Origin: an uncultured Clostridia bacterium
GTDB taxonomy: Bacteria; Bacillota; Clostridia; TANB77; CAG-508
Direction: 5' to 3'
NCBI GenBank assembly: GCA_947588945.1
Contig: CANPZY010000001.1
Coordinates: 17,446-81,445 of the forward strand
Length of the DNA stretch: 64,000 nt
In this document: positions 18,745 through 27,870 of the stretch, piece after piece
Layout of the letters: each line of letters begins with the position of its first letter
Numbering within the stretch: position 1 is the stretch's first letter
Position numbers and translations under genes: made by a program
Notes under the pieces: generated by a model
Database searches by the model: none
Told to the model about the DNA's origin: nothing
Seen by the model: the letters and a program-made list of their open reading frames with translations, nothing else

Positions 18745-19294
18745 TAGGAACCTCCTGACTTCCTTCATCTGCTTCAAAATATTCTGCTTCGTTAAATCCA
18801 AACATGCCGGCTAATAAATTATTAGGAAATCTTTTTATTGACATATTTAGTGTTCTTACTGCATCATTATAATCCTTTCTTGCTACTGCAATTCTGTTTT
18901 CCGTTCCTGCTAATTCATCTGATAATTGAGTAAAGTTTGCAGATGATTTTAAATCAGGATAATTTTCAACTACAACCATCAATGCATTTAAAGAACTTGT
19001 TAATTCATTATTTGCTTCTGATTTTTCTTCTAAATTGCTTGCTCCTACTAACTTTGCTCTTGCATCTGTTATTTTATCAATCACTTCATCTTCATGTGAA
19101 GTATATCCCTTTACTGTACTAACTAAATTAGGAATTAAATCTGCTCTTCTCTGTAACATAACATTTAAATTAGCTAAAGAGCTATCTACAGCTTCCTTTT
19201 TTGAAACCATACCATTATATCCACTAATTAATAGTCCTGCAATAGCCACTATTACAACAACTACTACAATTAAAATAATACTTGACTTTTTCAT
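18728..19294 (-). CDS. lemA: LemA-family protein
   Basis: 188 aa with an N-terminal TM segment and LemA core QRRADLIPNLV...ENRIAVARKDYN. Paired with the TPM-domain gene. Confidence 0.88.
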   Translation of the reverse strand: MKKSSIILIVVVVVIVAIAGLLISGYNGMVSKKEAVDSSLANLNVMLQRRADLIPNLVSTVKGYTSHEDEVIDKITDARAKLVGASNLEEKSEANNELTSSLNALMVVVENYPDLKSSANFTQLSDELAGTENRIAVARKDYNDAVRTLNMSIKRFPNNLLAGMFGFNEAEYFEADEGSQEVPSVNFE

Positions 19295-19474
19295 AATAAA
19301 CTTCCTTTCTTTTATATATAATTATTAATAATATTTATAACATGGCAAATTATTCATGTCAATATATATAAGGATTTATGCTTATGTTTCTTATACCAAT
19401 AATCTGCTAAAATAAAATTTTATTTTCACACTTTTAAAAATTAATATATATTATATATCATTAAGGAGGTTATT

Positions 19475-21301
19475 ATGTGTGGAATTGTTGGATACAATGG
19501 TGAAAAAAAAGCTGTTCCTATATTAATAAATGGTTTGCTTTCATTAGAATATAGAGGTTATGATTCAGCTGGAATTGCTGTACTTAATAATTATTCTAAA
19601 GAAAAAAAATATAAATTAGAAATTGTTAAGGATAAAGGTAGAGTTATTAACCTAAAAAATAATGAAAAGACCAAAAACTTAATTGGAAACATTGGTATAG
19701 CTCATACTAGATGGGCAACTCATGGAATTCCATCTAAAGAGAATTCACATCCACATATTGATAATACTGTAAAGTTTGCTGTTGTACATAATGGAATAAT
19801 TGAGAATTATATCTTACTTCGAAAAAAATTAATTAATAATGGTTATAAATTATATTCTGAAACAGATACAGAAGTCATTCCTAATCTAATTAGCATGCAC
19901 TACTCTGGAGATATATTAAAAGCTGTATCTGATACTATGAAAGATTTAAAAGGAAGCTATGCAATAGAAGTTATATCTGAATTTTTTCCAGATAGAATTA
20001 TAATTGCAAAGAAAGATAGTCCTTTAGTTATAGGCTCTGGTGAAAAAGAAAATTACATTGCATCAGATATACCTGCTATTTTATCTTATACAAATAAATT
20101 TTATTTTCTTGATGATGAAGAGATTGCAGTAGTAAAAAAGGATTCTGTAGAATTTTATGATATTAACTTATCTAAAATTCAAAAAACAACTAAAACTATT
20201 GAATGGGATGCCCAAAGTAATGAGAAAAATGGCTATGAAGATTTTATGTTAAAAGAAATTTATGAGCAACCTAATGCTGTTAGAGAAACAATTGGATCTA
20301 GGCTATCTTTATCAGAAAAAACTAATCTTAACCTTGAATATATAGATTTTAAAAAATTTAATAGAATATTTATTGTTGGTTGTGGAACCGCTATGCATGC
20401 TGGTATGGCTGTAAAACCTATTTTTGAAAAATTTTGTAAACTCCCAACCGAAATAGATATCGCATCTGAATTTAGATATAGAAATCCTTTAATTGATGAG
20501 CATACTCTTTGTATTTTTATTTCTCAATCAGGTGAAACTGCTGATACAATTGCTGCTCTAAAATTAGCTAAATCTCTAAATGCAACAACTTTATCTATTG
20601 TAAATGTTATTGGAAGTTCTATTACTAGATTTTCTGACTATACAATCTATACTCATGCTGGACCTGAAATTGCAGTTGCTTCAACAAAAGCTTATACTTG
20701 TCAAATTACACTTTTAAGTATTTTAGCAATATATATATCTGAATTTTTAGGATATGATGATAAAAATTTACAAAGTTTTAAAGCATCTTTATTAAAATTA
20801 CCTGAAAAATTAAAAAAAGTCCTAGAACAATCTGATACAATTAAGAAATACGCAAAAAAATTATATAATCAGCATGATTTATATTTTATTGGAAGAGGAT
20901 CTGATTATGCAGTTTGTATGGAAGGCTCTTTAAAACTCAAAGAAATCTCATATATTCATTCTGAAGCTTATGCATCAGGTGAATTAAAACATGGTCCAAT
21001 TGCTTTAATTGAAAAAAATACCACTATTATAGGAGTTATAACTGACTCAATTACTGCTAAAAAGACTTTAAGCAATTTAGAAGAATCAATTTCACGAGGT
21101 GCAGATGTATTACTCGTTACTAATCAAAATATAGATAATGATAAAATTGATTTTACTGTTAATATTCCATCAACCCATCCTTTGCTTTCGCCTATTTTAT
21201 CAATGGTACCATTACAATTTTTTGCATATTATATTGCAAAATTAAAAAATTTAGATGTAGATAAGCCTCGTAATCTTGCAAAATCTGTAACAGTAGAATA
21301 A
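19475..21301 (+). CDS. glmS: Glutamine--fructose-6-phosphate aminotransferase GlmS
   Basis: 608 aa starting MCGIVGY (N-terminal Cys nucleophile), with two SIS domains and ending KSVTVE. RBS AAGGAGG. Confidence 0.95.
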   Translation: MCGIVGYNGEKKAVPILINGLLSLEYRGYDSAGIAVLNNYSKEKKYKLEIVKDKGRVINLKNNEKTKNLIGNIGIAHTRWATHGIPSKENSHPHIDNTVKFAVVHNGIIENYILLRKKLINNGYKLYSETDTEVIPNLISMHYSGDILKAVSDTMKDLKGSYAIEVISEFFPDRIIIAKKDSPLVIGSGEKENYIASDIPAILSYTNKFYFLDDEEIAVVKKDSVEFYDINLSKIQKTTKTIEWDAQSNEKNGYEDFMLKEIYEQPNAVRETIGSRLSLSEKTNLNLEYIDFKKFNRIFIVGCGTAMHAGMAVKPIFEKFCKLPTEIDIASEFRYRNPLIDEHTLCIFISQSGETADTIAALKLAKSLNATTLSIVNVIGSSITRFSDYTIYTHAGPEIAVASTKAYTCQITLLSILAIYISEFLGYDDKNLQSFKASLLKLPEKLKKVLEQSDTIKKYAKKLYNQHDLYFIGRGSDYAVCMEGSLKLKEISYIHSEAYASGELKHGPIALIEKNTTIIGVITDSITAKKTLSNLEESISRGADVLLVTNQNIDNDKIDFTVNIPSTHPLLSPILSMVPLQFFAYYIAKLKNLDVDKPRNLAKSVTVE

Positions 21302-21369
21302 AATTATTATTAGAACTTAAAAAATATAAATTGTATATAAAAGTTTTTAATGAAAGGAATCTATTTAAA

Positions 21370-21999
21370 ATGAACCAAGAACTCGCAATAAAAATTGTAA
21401 AAAAATTAATAGAAATGTATCCAGATGCAAAATGTAGCTTAGACTTTAAAACACCATTCGAAATGTTAGTTGCAGTATGTTTATCCGCTCAGTGTACTGA
21501 TGATAGAGTAAATCAAGTAACTCCAAAATTGTTCAAAGTTTATGATTCTCCGGAAGATTTTGCAAACTGTGATATAAAAAAATTAGAAGAACTAATACAT
21601 TCTTGTGGCTTTTACAAAAACAAAGCCAAAAATTTAAAATCTGCTGGAGAGAAAATTGTAAAAGATTTTGATGGTAAAGTCCCTCAAACTATTGAAGAAT
21701 TAATCACTATTCCCGGCGTTGGAAGAAAAAGTGCAAATGTAATAATGTTAGAAGCTTTTAATAATCCTCAAGGAATAGCAGTTGATACTCATGCAAGACG
21801 CCTTGCAAATAGGATTGGTTTTTCAAAAGAATCTGATCCAATTAAGGTTGAAAAAGATTTGTGTAAATTAATTCCTAGAGAATATTGGAAAGACATAAAT
21901 CACATATTTATATGGCATGGAAGAAAAACTTGTTCTTCTCAAAAACCAAAATGTGATATTTGTTTAATTAAAGATTCTTGTAAAAATTATATATCCTAA
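21370..21999 (+). CDS. nth: Endonuclease III (Nth)
   Basis: HhH-GPD motif ITIPGVGRKSANVIM...DTH and Fe-S cluster CSSQKPKCDICLIKDSC. Preferred start is MNQELA at 21370. Confidence 0.92.
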   Translation: MNQELAIKIVKKLIEMYPDAKCSLDFKTPFEMLVAVCLSAQCTDDRVNQVTPKLFKVYDSPEDFANCDIKKLEELIHSCGFYKNKAKNLKSAGEKIVKDFDGKVPQTIEELITIPGVGRKSANVIMLEAFNNPQGIAVDTHARRLANRIGFSKESDPIKVEKDLCKLIPREYWKDINHIFIWHGRKTCSSQKPKCDICLIKDSCKNYIS

Positions 22000-22067
22000 T
22001 CTAAATATTGATTATCTTTGATTTTTGTGCTAAAATATAATTAATTACTTTTTCAGGAGGGGATACT

Positions 22068-22412
22068 ATGTCAAAAAAAAGGTATTTTGTAGCTCATTAT
22101 CGGGTGTTTAATGAAGAAGAAGATTTAGAATATAATGAGGGTTATATTTGTATTAATGACGATACTTCGATTATTGGAATATTTACATTTGACACCGTAC
22201 AAATAAATTTTTACAATAGCTCCATGATTTTTTCATTGTTTCTAGATAATGATGATGAGCCTATAGATTTTATCTGTAACGGTTGTGAATATCTTAAACC
22301 AATGACGCGTTACTTTTTGGAATGTGATGAAGTATTTATTTATCTAACAATAGGAAGTGAAATTACTAATCCAACGCCACAAATAAAAGAGTTATTTGCA
22401 AACTTTATTTAA
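22068..22412 (+). CDS. Hypothetical protein (114 aa)
   Basis: ORF with RBS AGGAGGGG. No family recognised. Confidence 0.5.
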   Translation: MSKKRYFVAHYRVFNEEEDLEYNEGYICINDDTSIIGIFTFDTVQINFYNSSMIFSLFLDNDDEPIDFICNGCEYLKPMTRYFLECDEVFIYLTIGSEITNPTPQIKELFANFI

Positions 22413-22427
22413 TTTTAGTGTCACCAT

Positions 22428-22460
22428 ACACAGTTACAATAATTGTAACTGTGTTTTTTT
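22428..22460. terminator. Bidirectional terminator
   Basis: ACACAGTTACA-ataat-TGTAACTGTGT followed by T7. Confidence 0.65.
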
Positions 22461-22725
22461 ATATTATCCCAAATATTTTTAAAAGCACTAATAAAATTGC
22501 TCCTGGAATCCCAAGTATTCCTACAATTATAGAATTAACTATACTAAAACCTATATGAAAATTAAATGAAGTTCCTACTAAATTTATAAAAAAAATAATT
22601 ATTGCTCCTAAAATTGAATTACCTACTAATTTTATTATTTTTTTTATTGGAAATGAGAAATATTTTCCAAAAACTATTAAAATTGCAATACATGCAATAA
22701 ATGTAAAAATTATTCTATTGTCCAT
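22459..22725 (-). CDS. bofA: Pro-sigma-K processing inhibitor BofA
   Basis: 88-aa two-TM protein. GAIIIFFINLVG...IVGILGIPGAILLVLLK aligns to B. subtilis BofA. Confidence 0.85.
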   Translation of the reverse strand: MDNRIIFTFIACIAILIVFGKYFSFPIKKIIKLVGNSILGAIIIFFINLVGTSFNFHIGFSIVNSIIVGILGIPGAILLVLLKIFGII

Positions 22726-22769
22726 CTTTGTCCCACCTTTGATTTAATTTTATGATGGACAAATTATTT

Positions 22770-23018
22770 TTATGCTAATTTTTCTAACTCTATTCCTCTT
22801 TCTTTAGCCAGCTTAATTAAGCTATCTAGCTTTGCTTGAATTGATTTTATCTTATAAATATAATAATCTATTAAATCATTTGTATTTGCAAACTCAAAAT
22901 TTTTATTTGCATTTGTTAGTTGTAATCTCGTATTAATAATGTTCCTTAAAATCTCCTTCTTTTCCTCTTCTTCTGTTATTTGAACAAAAATCTTATCAGA
23001 TATAAATTTTTCTTCCAT
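22770..23018 (-). CDS. yaaL: YaaL-like DUF2508 protein
   Basis: 82-aa helical protein directly upstream of bofA, the same yaaL-bofA synteny as in B. subtilis. Confidence 0.65.
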   Translation of the reverse strand: MEEKFISDKIFVQITEEEEKKEILRNIINTRLQLTNANKNFEFANTNDLIDYYIYKIKSIQAKLDSLIKLAKERGIELEKLA

Positions 23019-23174
23019 ACTTCTCTCCCTTAAAAATTTAGGTCACTATATGCCAACCTATAAACCTTTTTAATTCATTTAATATTATATTCACATTTTT
23101 TTCCTATTATTCATTAACACCTTATGTTAAAAAACTAAATTTATAATTTCAAAATTATATTTCTTCAAGTTATC

Positions 23175-23203
23175 TTGTAATCCACATAAATAAGTGGTAA
23201 AAT
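23175..23203 (+). promoter_or_regulatory. Putative sigma-A promoter of serS
   Basis: TTGTAA, a 17-nt spacer, then TAAAAT with an extended -10 TG (TGgTAAAAT). Confidence 0.4.
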
Positions 23204-23267
23204 ACATGTATATTTGTTAGTAGTTAAAAATAACTCCTAAAACAAATCAACAGAAAGGAAAATTTTT

Positions 23268-24554
23268 ATGATTGATATAAAATTAATTAGAGAAAATCCA
23301 GATATGGTAAAGGAAAACATTAAGAAAAAGTTTCAAGACTCAAAACTTGTCCTTGTTGATGAAATAATTGATTTAGATAAAAAAAATAGAGAAGCAACAT
23401 TAAAAGGTGATACTTTAAGAAGCAATCGTAATTCTTTAAGTAGCCAAATAGGTATGCTTATAAAAAATGGAAAAAAAGATGAAGCTGAAGAAATAAAAAA
23501 GAAAGTTCAAGAAATAAATAACGAGCTTGAGGAAAATGAAAAATTAGAAGAAAAATATAGCGAAGAAATAAAATCTAGAATGATGAAAATACCTAACATT
23601 ATGGATCCTTCTGTTCCAATTGGTAAGGATGATTCTGAAAATGTTGAAATAGAAAGATTTGGAGAACCTAAAGTTCCAGACTATGAAATACCTTATCACG
23701 CTGATATAATTGAATCCCTTGGCGGATTAGATAAAGAATCTGCTGGTCGCACAAGTGGTGTAGGATTTTATTATTTATTAGGAGATGTAGCTAGACTTCA
23801 TGAAGCAGTATTAGCTTATGCTAGAGACTATATGATAGACAATGGTTTTACCTATGCTATACCTCCATTTATGATACGTTCTGACGTTGTAACAGGGGTA
23901 ATGTCTTTTGAAGAAATGGATGCAATGATGTATAAAATCGAAAATGAAGATTTATATTTAATTGGTACATCTGAACATTCAATGATTGGTAAATTTAAAG
24001 ACCAACTTGTAAAAAAAGAGGATTTACCAATAAAAATGACATCATATTCTCCATGTTTTAGAAAAGAAATTGGTTCCCATGGATTAGAAGAAAGAGGCTT
24101 ATATCGCCTTCATCAATTTGAAAAACAAGAAATGATTATTCTTTGTGAACCAGAAGATTCAATGTCTTATTACAACAAAATGTGGAAATTGACAGTTGAT
24201 TTCTTTAGAAGTATGAATGTTCCAGTAAGACAATTAGAATGTTGTTCTGGTGATTTAGCAGATTTAAAAGTTAAATCTTGTGATGTTGAAGCATGGTCTC
24301 CAAGACAACAAAAATATTTTGAAGTTGGAAGCTGTTCTAATTTAAGTGACGCACAAGCTAGAAGACTTGGAATTAGAACTAAAGGAGAAAAAGGTAATTA
24401 CTATGTACACACTTTAAATAATACAGTAGTTGCATCTCCTAGAGGTCTTATTGCAATAATTGAAAATAATTATAATAAAGATGGAAGTGTTACTGTTCCT
24501 GAAGTCTTAAGACCTTATATGGGTGGATTAGAAAAAATAGTTTCAAAAAAATAA
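23268..24554 (+). CDS. serS: Serine--tRNA ligase
   Basis: 428 aa with an N-terminal coiled-coil arm and class II core (FRKEIGSHG, LHQFEKQE, GSCSN). Confidence 0.95.
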   Translation: MIDIKLIRENPDMVKENIKKKFQDSKLVLVDEIIDLDKKNREATLKGDTLRSNRNSLSSQIGMLIKNGKKDEAEEIKKKVQEINNELEENEKLEEKYSEEIKSRMMKIPNIMDPSVPIGKDDSENVEIERFGEPKVPDYEIPYHADIIESLGGLDKESAGRTSGVGFYYLLGDVARLHEAVLAYARDYMIDNGFTYAIPPFMIRSDVVTGVMSFEEMDAMMYKIENEDLYLIGTSEHSMIGKFKDQLVKKEDLPIKMTSYSPCFRKEIGSHGLEERGLYRLHQFEKQEMIILCEPEDSMSYYNKMWKLTVDFFRSMNVPVRQLECCSGDLADLKVKSCDVEAWSPRQQKYFEVGSCSNLSDAQARRLGIRTKGEKGNYYVHTLNNTVVASPRGLIAIIENNYNKDGSVTVPEVLRPYMGGLEKIVSKK

Positions 24555-24567
24555 TTATAATAAAGGA

Positions 24568-25350
24568 ATGAATCTTAATATGAATAATAAGTTCAGCTTT
24601 TTTACTTTACCAAAATCAGCTATAATTGACAATAACAGTCAACTTGAAGAAAATGAAAAATCTGCTAATTCAAATTCTGAGTTTGAAGATATATCACTAT
24701 ATGCATTTGAAGATGATTCTTTTATAGAGGAATACTGCTATAATAATGGTAATTGCAATTTATATTGTGATGTTGGAAATAATTCATTAGCTCTTTTATA
24801 TTCAACTAATAATGACGATTCTATAATTTCTATATATGAACCTGAAGGTGCCTATATTGCTCAACAATCAAATTCAAAGATAGAAAGAGTTGCTTATATA
24901 GATAAAAAACACTTTCTATCTTTAGAAAAAAGCACTATGCTTCCAAAAAAATTATTTACGGTTTTTAATTCTGTAATCGTTGTATATGATGGAGTCCATA
25001 AAATAAAAGAAATGTATGATAAATTTAATAAATTAAACTTAAAATATTCTATTATGTCAAAATATATACCAGCTTCTTGTATTATAGATTCCATAATAGA
25101 TAAGATTAATCATTATATTGTTACAAGAGAATTAAATAAAGATGAATTGTTAGATGATTATAGTAAATTACAAAATTTTCAAGAATTATGCTATGATTCT
25201 ATTTATAGAATATCAGATTTTATTACCAACCCATCACATACTGATTTAAGAAAATTGTCAGATAACCTTTACACTAACTCTACAAATATTTCTAAATTGA
25301 TGGACTTATATTTAATAGATGAATTTGAACAAGCAAATGAAGATAGATGA
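24568..25350 (+). CDS. Hypothetical protein (260 aa)
   Basis: ORF tightly packed between serS and engB. No recognisable motif. Confidence 0.5.
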   Translation: MNLNMNNKFSFFTLPKSAIIDNNSQLEENEKSANSNSEFEDISLYAFEDDSFIEEYCYNNGNCNLYCDVGNNSLALLYSTNNDDSIISIYEPEGAYIAQQSNSKIERVAYIDKKHFLSLEKSTMLPKKLFTVFNSVIVVYDGVHKIKEMYDKFNKLNLKYSIMSKYIPASCIIDSIIDKINHYIVTRELNKDELLDDYSKLQNFQELCYDSIYRISDFITNPSHTDLRKLSDNLYTNSTNISKLMDLYLIDEFEQANEDR

Positions 25351-25378
25351 AAGCTTTGCCTATAGAAAGGAACTTTTT

Positions 25379-25963
25379 ATGATTATTAAAAATCCTAAAT
25401 TTGAAATATCTGCAGTAAACGAAAAACAATATCCAAAAATAAAAATTCCTGAAATTGTATTAGTTGGAAAATCTAATGTTGGGAAGTCAAGTTTTATCAA
25501 TACTATGCTTAATAGAAAAAACTTAGCAAGAACAAGTAATACTCCAGGAAAAACTAGACAAATTAATTTTTATAATATAGACGATATGTTCTACTTTGTT
25601 GATTTACCCGGATATGGTTATAGTAAAATGTCAAAAAATGAACAAATAAAAGTGGGAAATTTTATTGAAGAATATTTACTTAAAAGAGAAAATATTAGCT
25701 TAATTATTTTTTTACTTGATATAAGACATGACCCTTCTGCTAATGATATGTTAATGTATGATTTTATTATCAACCATAATCTACCTTGTATTGTAATTGC
25801 AAATAAGGCAGATAAGATAGCAATAACAAAAGTTGATTCCCAAGTTAAAAGTCTATCAGATAAATTAAATCCTCTTCACGACTTAAAATTTTTACCATTC
25901 TCATCTGAAAGAAAAATATATATTGAAGAAGTATGGAATGTAATAGAATCAACTCTAAAATAA
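25379..25963 (+). CDS. engB: Ribosome-biogenesis GTPase EngB/YsxC
   Basis: G1 motif GKSNVGKSSFIN, G3 DLPGYG and G4 NKADK. I prefer the ATG at 25379 (RBS AAAGGAA). Confidence 0.92.
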   Translation: MIIKNPKFEISAVNEKQYPKIKIPEIVLVGKSNVGKSSFINTMLNRKNLARTSNTPGKTRQINFYNIDDMFYFVDLPGYGYSKMSKNEQIKVGNFIEEYLLKRENISLIIFLLDIRHDPSANDMLMYDFIINHNLPCIVIANKADKIAITKVDSQVKSLSDKLNPLHDLKFLPFSSERKIYIEEVWNVIESTLK

Positions 25964-25969
25964 ATATAT

Positions 25970-26085
25970 AAAAAATAATTTAACTCTTCTTGCCTTCGTT
26001 GTCGCTAGAAATTTGCAAGCAAATTTCGCTCCATTCGCGCTTCGCTTGAGCGTTACGAAGTCTGCGTAGAGTTAAATTATTTTTT
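25970..26085 (-). repeat. GC-rich hairpin-embedded repeat, copy D (inverted orientation)
   Basis: 18-nt perfect inverted arms (25970-25987 and 26068-26085) around an 80-nt core. The reverse complement of the core carries AAGCGCGAATGGAGCG, the hairpin AAATTTGC-tt-GCAAATTT and CTAGCGACAACGAAG. The element starts 7 nt after the engB stop. Confidence 0.85.
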
Positions 26086-26193
26086 TATTTTAATTTCAAC
26101 TTTTATTTTAATTTTTATTATTTATTAAAATTCTTTTGTTTTCTTATTTTATTTTAATCTTTTATATATAATTTTTCCTTTAAAATTCTCTGT

Positions 26194-26610
26194 CTAATCT
26201 TCACATATACATTTAAAAGTATCGCATACTTTTTTATTATCAGCATCATTATTAACTGCTAAATCGCCTAAAGTAAGCATTCCTACTACTTTTCCATCTT
26301 CAACAATTGGTATCCTTCTTATTTGATATTCAGACATTATTTTTTCTGCTTCATCTATATCACATCCACAATCGCAAGAGCATACATCTTCTGTCATAAT
26401 ATCTTTTGCTGTTGTAGTATTTACATCTTTTCCTTCTGCAACAGCTCTTAAAATAATGTCCCTATCTGTAATCATTCCAATTAGCTTATCGCCATCACAA
26501 ACAGGAGTACATCCTATATCATTTTTACTCATCATTTCAGCACATTCTTTTAGTGTAGTTTCTGGTTTTACTGCTGTAACATTACAGCACATACATTCTT
26601 CAACTTTCAT
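26194..26610 (-). CDS. CBS-domain pair protein with Cys-rich insertions
   Basis: 138 aa with two CBS repeats (IGMITDRDI, VGMLTLGDL) and Cys clusters (CMCC, CSCDCGC, CDTFKCIC). Confidence 0.8.
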   Translation of the reverse strand: MKVEECMCCNVTAVKPETTLKECAEMMSKNDIGCTPVCDGDKLIGMITDRDIILRAVAEGKDVNTTTAKDIMTEDVCSCDCGCDIDEAEKIMSEYQIRRIPIVEDGKVVGMLTLGDLAVNNDADNKKVCDTFKCICED

Positions 26611-26704
26611 TTATATATACCACCTTTCAATTTTTTATTATTATTTCACATTTTAATTAATATATACAAATAAATATTTTTTTATTTCAACATTTATTGC
26701 AAAT

Positions 26705-26880
26705 TTTATATATGTCGTTTTGTATATTTGATAATACCCTTTTCTACCATGTTTTCAAGACCTCACGTGGTAAGTCATTTAATTTTTCTCTTTTTACTCG
26801 CTTGATTTACTGCATAAGCTACGTGTATCTTTCGGCCTTTCACCGATTAACTAAACGACATGCCTGTCGTACAGTTATAA
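26705..26880. ncRNA. Candidate structured RNA or leader (unclassified)
   Basis: An intergenic stretch that is visibly more G+C-rich, with stops in all frames. ATGTCGTTT (26712-26720) pairs with AAACGACAT (26853-26861), and CACGTGGT pairs with GCTACGTG. It is bounded by a bidirectional terminator. Confidence 0.3.
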
Positions 26881-26915
26881 AAAAATGATGCTTTAACTAG
26901 CATCATTTTTTATTA
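26880..26915. terminator. Bidirectional terminator
   Basis: A7-ATGATGCT-ttaact-AGCATCAT-T6. Confidence 0.65.
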
Positions 26916-26945
26916 ACTTAATTTTATAATTTTATTTATATAAAA

Positions 26946-27395
26946 TCATAATCTATCATAAATTTTAGCGTCTATTAAACTGCCTTCATTCTTATTCCAT
27001 ATTTCTCTTAGATTGCCATTTTTGTCCTCTAAATAAACTCGATTTATTTTATTATCTATTTTTACAGAACAAGTTTGAGTTGAAGGCATAGTATTATATT
27101 TACCAGTGCATTTAATATGTATATCTTTATTACCTATATTATCAATAACTTCATATTCAGAAAATACTAAATCATATTTTTTATCAGTTATATAATAGCT
27201 TAGTTCTTGCTCCGAATTATTATTTTCTTTGTTTATTATGCTAAGTCCACTTAACTCAACATAAAAATTATTATAAGTTAATAAAAATAATCTAATAATA
27301 GTAAAAATAAATATGATTATAATAGTAATAAAAAATGTAAATTTAAATATTTTTTCTTTTGATATTTCTTTATTAGAAAAAATAGATACTCTCAT
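26946..27395 (-). CDS. Hypothetical membrane-anchored protein (149 aa)
   Basis: ORF with RBS AGGAGG. One N-terminal TM helix, no recognised domain. Confidence 0.55.
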   Translation of the reverse strand: MRVSIFSNKEISKEKIFKFTFFITIIIIFIFTIIRLFLLTYNNFYVELSGLSIINKENNNSEQELSYYITDKKYDLVFSEYEVIDNIGNKDIHIKCTGKYNTMPSTQTCSVKIDNKINRVYLEDKNGNLREIWNKNEGSLIDAKIYDRL

Positions 27396-27492
27396 ATATT
27401 ATTACCTCCTTTCACTAAAAAAATTAATATTATTTTGATTATATACTATAAAAGATTCAAAAATCAACAAAAAAGTTGCAAAAATTTTATTA

Positions 27493-27594
27493 TTAAAATA
27501 AAAAAGCAAGTTCTTCTCTCGACATATTTCGTAAATTTCTGTATTTTTCAATTATTTTACCTGATAAATTTGATTTACCATTATATTTTCTCAT
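27493..27594 (-). pseudogene. Remnant of an XRE-family HTH gene (33 codons)
   Basis: AGGAGC RBS followed by MRKYNGKSNLSGKIIEKYRNLRNMSREELAFLF and a stop. This is only the first helix region of an HTH_3 regulator. Confidence 0.4.
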
Positions 27595-27870
27595 TAAAAG
27601 CTCCTAATAAGTTATTATTCTACTTGATTTTAATATAAAATTTATGTAATATTGTTGTTAAGTTGGCAACAATATTTTTAGAAATTTTGGAAATATACCA
27701 TAGGAGAAAATAAATGAAAGATTATAAGTGTATAAAAAATATCATGTAGAAAATAAATTTATATAATGCTTGTTCCGAATTTTTTCGGATTTACGAATTT
27801 TTTTGGAGAATATCATTGCATTTTATATTAAAATATGTATATAATAATAAAAAGCACTAAGGAGGCATAG

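Noticed and set aside
19330-19474. Expected glmS ribozyme upstream of glmS
   Set aside because: The 180-nt upstream region is almost pure A/T. It has none of the GC-rich conserved core segments of the glmS ribozyme, so I do not call one. An Rfam scan would settle this.
23019-23267. T-box leader upstream of serS (also checked ahead of gltX at 31055-31081)
   Set aside because: There is no specifier hairpin, T-box sequence or terminator/antiterminator pair. The gltX gap is only 27 nt.
26697-26888. 63-aa plus-strand ORF in the CBS upstream region
   Set aside because: It has no RBS, its composition is implausible (C/F/Y/R-rich), and it sits in a region better explained as a structured non-coding segment.
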